Shown: positions 1 to 8,394, counted from the stretch's first letter. The stretch: 56,283 nt of DNA from a virus (IMGVR_UViG_3300030380_002510:1-56283); one strand, 5' to 3'. Notes: generated from the letters alone by a model not told the origin. Translations and numbers: made by a program.

Positions 1-753
1 TTCAAAGAAATCTTCCGGTATAACAACTTTTTCTTCTACATCTTTTGGTTTAGAAAGTGTTTGACCTGCCGTTATTAAATTACCATCATTATAATCAACC
101 ACTGCTTGAAATGCTTTAGGATTAGCATGACCCATATCAGCAGGTGATGGGTGAGGGTCATCTGTAGTAATCATATCAGTAAATTTGAGTCTACCTCTTT
201 CATCGGGATTTTTTTCTTTGTAAATTTCATGTAATGCAGAAAGTATTTGACTAATAGTAAGACCTGTATCTTTATCCTTATAATTGAAAGTATGGTCGTC
301 AGTATATCTTGCATCTTCATGGTTTACTCCGTGTTTTCCCATTCTTTTGTTATAATGGTCTAATTTACCATGTTCTCTCATATTTTTAGCACGATTGAAT
401 ACTTCTTGCATAAAAGGCTCGTATTCTTCTTGTTCTAAATAATTAAAAAAGTTAAATGCTTTTTGAACAGTAGCATCTGCTTTTGCTTTATCAGCCATAT
501 CTTGAGCAGTACTCATTTGATTCTGTTGTTTTTGTTGATTCATTTGCGCTCTTTGATTATTGGCTTGCATAACACCTACTGCTAAATCTTTCTTACCCGT
601 ATTTGCTACTGCGGCTTTAGCACCTTCTTTTAAAGCACCTCCTACTCCTTTTTCAGCAACCTTAGTAGCAACTTTTGTTCCTACACCTCTTAATGCACCC
701 ATAGCCAAACCCGCAAAAGGTAGTGCTTTTCTTACGGCAACAGGTCGGCTCAT
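1..753 (-). CDS. Hypothetical protein, 3' end outside the window (>251 aa); possible head-associated protein
   Basis: Not in the ORF track. Hand-read from ATG at 753: MSRPVAVRKALPFAGLAMGALRGVGTKV...QKAFNFFNYLEQEEY...VIPEDFFE, open to position 1. Divergent from the gene at 816. Confidence 0.85.
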   Translation of the reverse strand, partial: MSRPVAVRKALPFAGLAMGALRGVGTKVATKVAEKGVGGALKEGAKAAVANTGKKDLAVGVMQANNQRAQMNQQKQQNQMSTAQDMADKAKADATVQKAFNFFNYLEQEEYEPFMQEVFNRAKNMREHGKLDHYNKRMGKHGVNHEDARYTDDHTFNYKDKDTGLTISQILSALHEIYKEKNPDERGRLKFTDMITTDDPHPSPADMGHANPKAFQAVVDYNDGNLITAGQTLSKPKDVEEKVVIPEDFFE

Positions 754-815
754 GGTTGGCGTAGAGGCCGAGCATTCTAAATGCTATCGCCACATCGCCC
801 GTAATAGGTGCGAGC

Positions 816-2480
816 GTGAGCAAGATATTGGTTAAACAACAACCAACTCTTGATGACTACGGTATGTCTATGCAACAACCTGTAAATTCCGAATATGAAC
901 ACCAACAATTGCTTAATAGTATACTAAATGAAAATTATCAAAAACCAATCACTGTACCAAAGTTCCTTCCACAAACAAGACCTGTAAACCAAGAAGCATT
1001 AAATCAAGAAATAACAGATGCTATACAAGATTATTATTTTTCTCCTTTGTATGGCGGCCAACCTACGGACAAAAACATACCAACTACAGGTCGGGAACTT
1101 ATAGACGATTATTATAATACTATACATGGTAAAAATAATGTTTTAGATACTTCCGATTTAAAAAATTTAAGATATACAAGAGATGAGATAGAGGCTAAAA
1201 TCCGTGATAAAGTAGCACAAAGTGAAGAAGGTAAAAATCTTGAAGCAAGATACCCCAATGCTTTATATCATGAAATAAGAGAACATAACCCTCTTATGAG
1301 GATTCATGGTAGACAATCTACTTTACCCGAACATATACCTGCATATCATACAGAAAATTGGCAAAACCCCGATGGTTCAATACGAGAAGGAGCAGTACCA
1401 CCAATTACTGCACTTAAAAGATTAGATATTAAAGATATAGAAAGATTGATGGCTAATTCGGGGTTATTACCCTCCAACCAAAGAACAGGTGTAGATAATG
1501 AACAGTATGAATCGGGAGTTGTAAAAGATTTAATACAAGCAATAATACATCAAGACTCGGAACAACAAAATATTTCTACCGGCGAAAAAATATATGATAA
1601 GTTTAAACACCGAGAACCATTTTTTATGGCTAAACCCGGTGAATCTCGTACAAGTGCAGGTTTTTTTGTTTCACCTACTGATAGATTAAATCTACAAAGG
1701 GCAGTAAGCATGTCGGATGGTAATGAAGGGTATGTTGGTATAAGAGGTTTAAATACAGTAGACGACCATTTACAAATGCGACCTGTTGCCGGTCAAAAAG
1801 AAAAAACCGCAGAAGGATATGTTAGTTCTCGTATACCTGCTGAAAGATTAGTTCCAATTAGAGTACCTACTTCATCACTTCCTAAAGAATTACAACCTTC
1901 TTACCCCGAACAAACAGATAAAGATGGATTAAAGTTTTCAAATCAATATGCTTATCCTAATTTAAAAAGAAGAGATATGAGAAGAGAGGCTGAATTAAAA
2001 CTTAGTCCACATAGGGTAGGAGTCGTAAGTCCAAAACAAATTAAAAATAGAGATTTACAAAATATACTCATATCTAATTTAACTAAACCATTTATGCAAT
2101 TTTCAACTGATAAATATACAGGACTAGACCATGATGGTTTACCATTATTACCAAGTGGTGAATCTATGACACCGGAAGAAAAAATAAAATATCTTGAAAA
2201 TGCTAGTAATCTTGAAAAATTAACAAGATTACAAGGTGGAATTAAGCGTAGCCCCGAAAGAAAAACTGAATTACCTCCCGATTGGGGAAGTAAACAAGCA
2301 AGTCTTGATAAATTAACATCAAAAGATTTACACGCATTGGCTAATAAATTAAGAGATATTCGTAAACCTGTAGAATTTATGGATGCTCCGGGTACTGAAC
2401 ATAGAATGGCTTTAAACAGATACATAGATAAGTTAAGAAACCATGCTTATGTTAAAGAACAACAGGAGAGAGGACTATGA
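816..2480 (+). CDS. Hypothetical protein, possible ADP-ribosyltransferase-like fold
   Basis: 554-aa ORF, GTG start after AGGTG. Spaced motifs LYHE...GLLPS...FFVSP...YVGIR...EGYVSSRIPAERL resemble ART/Tpt1-like folds. N-terminus MSKILVK. Confidence 0.6.
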   Translation: MSKILVKQQPTLDDYGMSMQQPVNSEYEHQQLLNSILNENYQKPITVPKFLPQTRPVNQEALNQEITDAIQDYYFSPLYGGQPTDKNIPTTGRELIDDYYNTIHGKNNVLDTSDLKNLRYTRDEIEAKIRDKVAQSEEGKNLEARYPNALYHEIREHNPLMRIHGRQSTLPEHIPAYHTENWQNPDGSIREGAVPPITALKRLDIKDIERLMANSGLLPSNQRTGVDNEQYESGVVKDLIQAIIHQDSEQQNISTGEKIYDKFKHREPFFMAKPGESRTSAGFFVSPTDRLNLQRAVSMSDGNEGYVGIRGLNTVDDHLQMRPVAGQKEKTAEGYVSSRIPAERLVPIRVPTSSLPKELQPSYPEQTDKDGLKFSNQYAYPNLKRRDMRREAELKLSPHRVGVVSPKQIKNRDLQNILISNLTKPFMQFSTDKYTGLDHDGLPLLPSGESMTPEEKIKYLENASNLEKLTRLQGGIKRSPERKTELPPDWGSKQASLDKLTSKDLHALANKLRDIRKPVEFMDAPGTEHRMALNRYIDKLRNHAYVKEQQERGL

Positions 2481-3721
2481 TGCGAAAAGCCACTTTACCT
2501 ACTATGCGAGAATTAGGTTTAAGTTTTGATGATTTAGTTAATCAAGGATATAACTTAAGACATATTCCCGAAGAAAGAGAAAGTACTTTTTATCAACCAC
2601 AATTACTAAACAAACCTGCTAACAGACAATATGAAATAAATTATGCTTCAAAAAAAGATGACTATAAAAAAATACCCGGATTACATACAGAACCCCAACT
2701 TGACATGACCTTACCACGAAATAGTATAGATTCTTATTTTGTAAGTCCTCCTACAAGAAGGGGAATTTTATCGGCAGATGTGACATTTCCCGGTAAAAGT
2801 ACATTAATAGGAGTTAAAAATAGAAATGACGACTATGGTGTAGATTTTTGGAGAACTGATAGACAAGGTGCAGGTAGTAGAGGTGGTGAAGGTTTAATTT
2901 ATGGTGAATTACCAAAAGAAAATTTTGTAAAAATACCTACTAATATGCTACCTATGGATGCTCTTTTAGCGAATCGGCAGTATGGTATAAACCGTTTTTC
3001 AAATGGAATGCCTATAGATGAGGCTTTTGATGCTTTAGAATATACTTACCCCGAAGTCCATAGTATAGCATCGCAATTTCCTAATGTAAGTACTGAATCT
3101 ACATCTTGGCAAGAACCTGCACAATACAGGGGTACTAATCCAATACTTTTAGATGAAATAGATAATAAAGTAGCAAGCGAACCAATGAACATCGCTATGC
3201 GGTTGTTGAAAAATGAACCCGCAGATTATGTTGATACTTTTCGGCGTGTTGATAACAACATCGGTGCTGATGGTAGATACATGACAGATGAAGAATTAGC
3301 GGAGATTGATGCTCGTTATACAAAATTGCATGACGACGAAGACCACTTTGAAGAGTATTACAATTTATTGGAAGCAATTGAACTTGAGCAAATGAGAAGG
3401 AAAAATGAATCGTTTGATGGTATAGGCTATAACGAAGAAACAGGCTTTACTCGTAGCGAACCAATGGAAATTGCTATGCAATTACTCAAAGAGCGTGTAA
3501 GCCCCGAAGCGAAGCGACACAAGTTAGAGTATGATAAGAAGTATGAATCTTCACCGGAGAGAGTAAAGTACCGTGAAGAGTTGAACCGTGAGCGTAGGCG
3601 TAGACACATTATGGGGCAGGGTGGACCGGATATGAGCCACACCAAAGACCATACCATTGTACCGGAAAGCCCTCATACCAATCGGGCAAGACATTTTAAA
3701 GACAAAGGAACTCTCTTGTAA
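2477..3721 (+). CDS. Modular protein: ART-like paralog domain, acidic module, C-terminal HNH-like basic module
   Basis: ATGA overlap with the upstream gene. YFVSP...LIGVK...EGLIYGELPKENF parallels 816..2480. Two SEPMxIAMxLLK linkers. C-terminal DMSH...ESPHTNRAR. Confidence 0.6.
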   Translation: MMRKATLPTMRELGLSFDDLVNQGYNLRHIPEERESTFYQPQLLNKPANRQYEINYASKKDDYKKIPGLHTEPQLDMTLPRNSIDSYFVSPPTRRGILSADVTFPGKSTLIGVKNRNDDYGVDFWRTDRQGAGSRGGEGLIYGELPKENFVKIPTNMLPMDALLANRQYGINRFSNGMPIDEAFDALEYTYPEVHSIASQFPNVSTESTSWQEPAQYRGTNPILLDEIDNKVASEPMNIAMRLLKNEPADYVDTFRRVDNNIGADGRYMTDEELAEIDARYTKLHDDEDHFEEYYNLLEAIELEQMRRKNESFDGIGYNEETGFTRSEPMEIAMQLLKERVSPEAKRHKLEYDKKYESSPERVKYREELNRERRRRHIMGQGGPDMSHTKDHTIVPESPHTNRARHFKDKGTLL

Positions 3722-3890
3722 TAGTCAAATATTCAAAATGTTCACTATGTTAGTCAATAAAATGACTATTCACTTTACTCATTACTCTCTAATAATAATA
3801 TAATATATTTGTATAGTCAAATAAATGAACATGAACATGAACATTTTGAATAATGAATGGAAATCTTTATATTGACTAAAAAATTGACTA
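3721..3890. repeat. Repeat-rich AT-rich intergenic element (inverted and direct repeats)
   Basis: 15-bp perfect inverted repeat TATTCAAAATGTTCA (3730-3744) / TGAACATTTTGAATA (3838-3852). Direct repeat ATAGTCAAATA at 3721 and 3813. TAGTCAA x3 and TTGACTA x2. (ATGAAC)x3 at 3825-3842. A/T-only core 3791-3810. Confidence 0.85.
3865..3873 (+). promoter_or_regulatory. Putative archaeal TATA box for a leaderless transcript of the GTPase cluster
   Basis: CTTTATATT about 18-26 nt upstream of ATG 3891, which has no SD. Confidence 0.5.
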
Positions 3891-4445
3891 ATGGTGAGCA
3901 AGATGCAAGGTACAGGACAAGACTCGGATGCAGAAATAAGATTGATGGGGCTAATTTTAGCCCAATCAGCGTTAGTAGGATTAGCAATAGGTGTGTTTGA
4001 TGCAGACTTATGGTTAGAAAGTGATACGGCTATGTTAAATGGATTTACATACGCTATGGCCGCTTTCTTTGTACAAGGTATTGCTTATTATTTCTTTAAA
4101 ATGTTCTTTGAACAAAACATGCAAGAAAGAGTAAGAGCAACAGGAATGCAAAGGTCAAGAGATGCAAGATACAAACAAATGCAAATGAATTTTGACAACA
4201 GAAGAGTTGAGATGGAGATGCGAATGCAAGAAGCGCAACTTGAGCGTGAATTGCGTTGGATGGAAGCAAACCCCGGTAAGATGCCTCCGAGTTGGGGTGT
4301 ACCGGGTGGTTCACAATCTATAGTTGCACAATATGATTCCGGTCAATTCAATCCCGGTATACCAAGTCATGAAGTTGAAGTAGACCAACCAATTAATTTA
4401 GGTATTAAAGAAGAGGAAGAAAAAGAAGAAAAGAAGAAAAAGTGA
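3891..4445 (+). CDS. Two-TM membrane protein with coiled coil
   Basis: Hydrophobic segments LMGLILAQSALVGLAIGVF and GFTYAMAAFFVQGIAYYFF, then a charged helical stretch (RRVEMEMRMQEAQLERELRWME) and an E/K tail. Confidence 0.8.
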   Translation: MVSKMQGTGQDSDAEIRLMGLILAQSALVGLAIGVFDADLWLESDTAMLNGFTYAMAAFFVQGIAYYFFKMFFEQNMQERVRATGMQRSRDARYKQMQMNFDNRRVEMEMRMQEAQLERELRWMEANPGKMPPSWGVPGGSQSIVAQYDSGQFNPGIPSHEVEVDQPINLGIKEEEEKEEKKKK

Positions 4446-4454
4446 GGTGGTTAG

Positions 4455-4697
4455 TTGGGTCGTATTTTCAAAACCCCTACTGATGATTCAACAGAAGCAA
4501 CATTACGGGCTATGCACACTCAAAATATGTTAGATACATATTATGAAAAAGGTGTAGGTTGGTTAAGAACTATTCTTTTTGTATTAATCGCAGTGCTTGT
4601 AACAAGTGCTTTTGAATTAAAAACCGGAGATTCAATATGGGAAAATACAGTTGAATGGTTTTGGAATAAAATAGAAAGTTGGGTAAGTGGTGATTAA
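4455..4697 (+). CDS. Small single-TM membrane protein with Trp-rich amphipathic C-terminus
   Basis: TTG start after GAGGTGG. TM ILFVLIAVLVTSAF. Tail SIWENTVEWFWNKIESWVS. Confidence 0.75.
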   Translation: MGRIFKTPTDDSTEATLRAMHTQNMLDTYYEKGVGWLRTILFVLIAVLVTSAFELKTGDSIWENTVEWFWNKIESWVSGD

Positions 4698-5414
4698 ATG
4701 GTTGAACCTGCCGGTACTGCTTTAGTTGGTGTTGCAGTATGGGGGCAGAATCTATATAATTCTTGGCGACCAAGAAAAGTAGGTATTTATGGTGCGGCTA
4801 TGGTAGGTAAAACTACACTAGACAGATATATGACTACACCCGGTGAAATGGAAGAAATACCCGATGAAGAAAGAACAAGCCACATGAGATTACTTGGAAA
4901 ATATCTATTACCAAAACCTACTAGAAAGCGTATATCATGGAAAGGAGATAGAAGAGTAGTTTTTTCTGCTGACTTAGGTGGACAAGAAAGATTTTGGTCG
5001 TTATGGATAGATGATATGGTAGCAAGACAAGTTGAAGCAGTGGTATACATGTTTGATGAAAGAGCATTTAACGGTGGAGATGAAGCACTACAACAAATAG
5101 CCGGATTCAAATATTTAGTAGACTGTTTAATCAATAAACAATATAGGTATCGTACATTAAAAAGTAGATGGAAAGGTAAAAAATACGCACCAAGACTTGT
5201 TATGCTTATAGCAAATAAGGCTGACAGATTTTTTGATGAAAATGCCGCTATGTTATGGCAACAAAACAGAATAGGAGAGCATAAAGTGTTTGACCCATTT
5301 AGAGATGATTTAGTTAGATTACAAAAAGCCGGTATACCCACAAGAAGGTCTTTTATGGCTACAAGAATAGGTTGGAATGTTGAAACTACATTAATAGATT
5401 TATTATCAACATAG
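4698..5414 (+). CDS. Ras-superfamily (Arf/Sar1-like) small GTPase
   Basis: G1 GAAMVGKTT, candidate G2 Thr (ERT or KPT), G3 DLGGQERF, G4 ANKAD, G5-like ATRIGWNV. Hydrophobic N-terminal segment. SD GGTGA upstream. Confidence 0.92.
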   Translation: MVEPAGTALVGVAVWGQNLYNSWRPRKVGIYGAAMVGKTTLDRYMTTPGEMEEIPDEERTSHMRLLGKYLLPKPTRKRISWKGDRRVVFSADLGGQERFWSLWIDDMVARQVEAVVYMFDERAFNGGDEALQQIAGFKYLVDCLINKQYRYRTLKSRWKGKKYAPRLVMLIANKADRFFDENAAMLWQQNRIGEHKVFDPFRDDLVRLQKAGIPTRRSFMATRIGWNVETTLIDLLST

Positions 5415-5422
5415 GTGATTAT

Positions 5423-5593
5423 ATGAAAAAAGAAACAAAAATTATAGCAGTAAATAAAAATACAAAATGTGTAAGAACAGTAATTCCTAATGCGATGGCT
5501 GAATTATTAAATATTAAAGCCGGAGATACAATTAATTGGGAATTAAAAACTAAAGATGGAGTATTTCATCTTGAAGTAAGAAAGGGGGCATGA
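5423..5593 (+). CDS. AbrB/SpoVT/MazE-type swapped-hairpin DNA-binding protein (56 aa)
   Basis: Below the track length cut-off. Hand-translated MKKETKIIAVNKNTKCVRTVIPNAMAELLNIKAGDTINWELKTKDGVFHLEVRKGA. The IP...LNIKAGD.I.W pattern is typical of AbrB domains. SD AGGTGA. Confidence 0.8.
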   Translation: MKKETKIIAVNKNTKCVRTVIPNAMAELLNIKAGDTINWELKTKDGVFHLEVRKGA

Positions 5594-5594
5594 C

Positions 5595-6533
5595 ATGTAT
5601 ACAGGTAATCAACCAAGTTTAGGTCAAGTAAACCAAGCGCATTTACTTGCTTTAAGTCAACAAGGAAATGACACTTTAACTCATAGAGCGTTAATAGAAC
5701 AAGCAACTGCACAAGCGGCTATGCAAGAAGCATCAAAGAAAACTGATTTACAAGTTCCTAAAGTAAACTTCTATCCAAGTCGTCATCCTAATCCAATAAA
5801 AGCAAGAAGAAAAGATATTAAACAGGCTTACAAATTACTTACACCTACTAAAAGAAGTATTTTAAATCCATTTAGATTGTTTTTTGGAAGAAAGTATCGC
5901 TACAATAAACAAAGTCATGTATGTGTAGTAGATGGTTGCGATTGTGCAAATTTAATTCAATATGATAATTTGTATGCTAAAATTACTGATGAAGATACAG
6001 GAGAATCTTTGTGGGATTTGTATTGGAAAAATCCGGTCACAGGAGAACCGGAAGCATTTGTCGCTCGTGAAAAAGTAACAAGTGGCCGTAAAATGCGTGG
6101 TACATACTGCCCCGAACACATGCACCTATACCATTTACTTTGTAAGTGGGAAGCAGAAGAAGATAAACTAAGTGAAGCAAATCCTAAAAGACTTAGAGAT
6201 AGAGTTAAAAAAGGAGTATCAATTGTCACAGTTCCTATCACTGCAATAAAGAAAAACGACCCTACACCGGAAATGTTGAAAAAATACGAGCCATTTTTTG
6301 CTGAATTAGAAAAAGATGCAAGAAAAACTAAAGGAATTAACATTCAGTATTATACTAATCCTATGACTAATCAAAATGATATTACTATTGTAAGTTTTGA
6401 TTTAAGAATATTTCAGCATGAGTTGGCTATGTTTAATCAACCTACACCTGCTTTTCAAGCCATGTTAAATCAACAAGTAGAAGAAGTAGTTAATCAAAAC
6501 ACAAATATGGTAGATACCCTTCCGAGTGAGTGA
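5595..6533 (+). CDS. Hypothetical protein with putative split Zn site
   Basis: 312 aa. CVVDGCDC and YCPEH motifs. Basic/aromatic patch ILNPFRLFFGRKYRY. Confidence 0.7.
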   Translation: MYTGNQPSLGQVNQAHLLALSQQGNDTLTHRALIEQATAQAAMQEASKKTDLQVPKVNFYPSRHPNPIKARRKDIKQAYKLLTPTKRSILNPFRLFFGRKYRYNKQSHVCVVDGCDCANLIQYDNLYAKITDEDTGESLWDLYWKNPVTGEPEAFVAREKVTSGRKMRGTYCPEHMHLYHLLCKWEAEEDKLSEANPKRLRDRVKKGVSIVTVPITAIKKNDPTPEMLKKYEPFFAELEKDARKTKGINIQYYTNPMTNQNDITIVSFDLRIFQHELAMFNQPTPAFQAMLNQQVEEVVNQNTNMVDTLPSE

Positions 6534-7162
6534 TAGAGATGTTAAGATTGAATGGAAATAACCAAAATACAGGTACATTAAACTTAGGTGTACCATCTCA
6601 ACAAGGACAAATGCCGGTGCAAAATGCTAATCCGTGGGGGCAACAACAACAATCTAATTCATTCGTGGCGGGTTTATTCGGTGGACAACAACAAGCCAAT
6701 CAATATACACAACAACCTATTCAACCACCAAGTGAAATAGAAATTCAAATGGAATTATTAAAACAACAAGCAATTATTGAAAGATATGTTGCTAGTAGTC
6801 AAATGGGAGTGCTAATTGAAATGATGAGTAGTGTTGTGACACTAAGTGTATTAGAAATATTAAGAGGTGCTACATTTGTTATAAATGAAGACGATGGTAC
6901 ATTAAAATTAGATACAACTACTTTACCTGCTAATTTACAAACTATGAGTGTAGAAAATATAGAAAGTCAATTTACTAATTTACAAGCATCAGCACAACAA
7001 GTAGTAAATCAAAGTGAAATGACTCAACATCAATTAGCCGCACTAGCCCAACAGTCTATGATGGGAGGGGCTATAGCGGCATTACAAAGTGAAGGAATGA
7101 TGGAAAAAGTTGGAGGCGGAGTAGGAAGTTTCGCTCGCTCAATAATAACAGGAGGAAGATAA
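6530..7162 (+). CDS. Gln-rich hypothetical protein
   Basis: 210 aa, GTGA overlap with the previous gene. Q/P-rich N-terminus, helical middle, Gly-rich amphipathic C-terminus. Confidence 0.75.
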   Translation: MIEMLRLNGNNQNTGTLNLGVPSQQGQMPVQNANPWGQQQQSNSFVAGLFGGQQQANQYTQQPIQPPSEIEIQMELLKQQAIIERYVASSQMGVLIEMMSSVVTLSVLEILRGATFVINEDDGTLKLDTTTLPANLQTMSVENIESQFTNLQASAQQVVNQSEMTQHQLAALAQQSMMGGAIAALQSEGMMEKVGGGVGSFARSIITGGR

Positions 7163-7163
7163 T

Positions 7164-7415
7164 ATGCTAGATAAAGATTATACAACATACATACCACAAT
7201 CTTTTGCCGCATCTACATTAGATGTACTTAATCCGAATAGAAGTGTAATTATTGATATGATTATGGTACAAATTATTTCTATGATTGTAGTTATGTGTAT
7301 GATTTTAGTTTTCAAAGGCGGCAGTATGCCTTCTTCAACAATATCATATTTCTTGGTTGGACTGTTTGCTAGTGTCCTTATGCTTAGTGGTGTCTATTCT
7401 CGTATTACTCGGTGA
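7164..7415 (+). CDS. Small two-TM membrane protein (holin-like topology)
   Basis: 83 aa. IIDMIMVQIISMIVVMCMILVF and YFLVGLFASVLMLSGVY, short basic C-terminus. Confidence 0.75.
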   Translation: MLDKDYTTYIPQSFAASTLDVLNPNRSVIIDMIMVQIISMIVVMCMILVFKGGSMPSSTISYFLVGLFASVLMLSGVYSRITR

Positions 7416-7679
7416 AGGCCATTTACCTATAGGACATGTTGAGTTTAACAAATTAATTTTAGTTTTAATAAAACAACCACATAAATCACATCTCTTACCA
7501 CCGTAAGGACATAATTCACATGCCTGTTTTCTTAAATCGTATAACATAGGTGGACACAAATCACCTTTTACTGTATCTTTTACTGCTTGAGTAAGACTCT
7601 TGAGAGTGTACATATTAAGAGGTACACCTGCAACTCTTTTAGCCTCCCACATATAACTTTCCAAGTTATTTTTAGTCAT
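7344..7679 (-). CDS. Small Cys-rich Zn-binding protein
   Basis: Start moved to ATG 7679 (MTKNNLES) to avoid overlap with the gene at 7714. Motif CELC...RCDLCGCFIKTK...CPIGKW, a pattern common in small viral proteins. Confidence 0.75.
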   Translation of the reverse strand: MTKNNLESYMWEAKRVAGVPLNMYTLKSLTQAVKDTVKGDLCPPMLYDLRKQACELCPYGGKRCDLCGCFIKTKINLLNSTCPIGKWPSPSNTRIDTTKHKDTSKQSNQEI

Positions 7680-7713
7680 AAGTATTTTGTAATGGGTACG
7701 CCTAAGCCCGTAT

Positions 7714-8394
7714 ATGCAGGGGGCGGAGCGTGTAGTGAAACGGTCCTGTAAACTGTGTACACATGAAGATAGAGATGAGTTAGAACAACAACTTCTCAAC
7801 GGTCATATTTCTCCAAAAGAATTAGACAAAACAATGAGTTGGCGAGCCAACACTACTGATAGACATTTCCGTAATCATATGGGAGAATACCATATGGCGG
7901 CTAACCCTTCATGTCCTGTATGCGCTAGTCCTAAAAGAGCCGAATATGAGAATGAATATTTTCAAGGTAGCGCAGATACAGAACTAATTGCTGATGAGGT
8001 AGGTTGTGCAGAAAGAACAGTATACAACCACATGAAACATCATTTCCAACCTTTAGTGCAAAAAACTGCGGCCTATGAAGTAGCATTAGCCGCAGGTCAA
8101 GAAATTCAAGTACTCCGTTCAAATGCAGAAAAACTTAATCATAAACTAAGTGAATTGTTAGATGAAGGTACAGTACATGAAGATGGATTTGTCCGTGATG
8201 CGGTGATACTACACAAAGAAGTAAGAGAAACAGTAAAAGATTTACTTCGTTTCCAAGACCAATGGGGGGCTAAAACAGATAATCAACAAGTCAATCAAAC
8301 AATCAATGTATTACAAATTGAACTTAGTAAAGAAAGCCCCGAAACTTGGACTAGAATTAAAAAACAGTTGGCTGAAAATATGGGGGTAGAATAA
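7714..8394 (+). CDS. Probable terminase small subunit (tandem Zn-HTH domains plus coiled coil)
   Basis: Two CxxC-HTH-HxxxH units (CKLC...RHFRNH; CPVC...NHMKHH), a helical oligomerisation region and C-terminal QVNQTINVLQI. First gene of the run leading to TerL. Confidence 0.55.
   Translation: MQGAERVVKRSCKLCTHEDRDELEQQLLNGHISPKELDKTMSWRANTTDRHFRNHMGEYHMAANPSCPVCASPKRAEYENEYFQGSADTELIADEVGCAERTVYNHMKHHFQPLVQKTAAYEVALAAGQEIQVLRSNAEKLNHKLSELLDEGTVHEDGFVRDAVILHKEVRETVKDLLRFQDQWGAKTDNQQVNQTINVLQIELSKESPETWTRIKKQLAENMGVE

Noticed and set aside
560-835. + strand 91-aa ORF in the track
   Set aside because: Antisense shadow of the longer minus-strand gene <1..753; TTG start, no SD.
4787-5341. Minus-strand 184-aa ORF, and the many similar antisense ORFs across the window
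   Set aside because: They lie opposite well-supported genes and read as codon-mirror sequences without motifs.
7680-7799. N-terminal 40 aa of the track's 7344..7799 ORF
   Set aside because: Overlaps the TerS candidate head-to-head; ATG 7679 gives a clean divergent layout.
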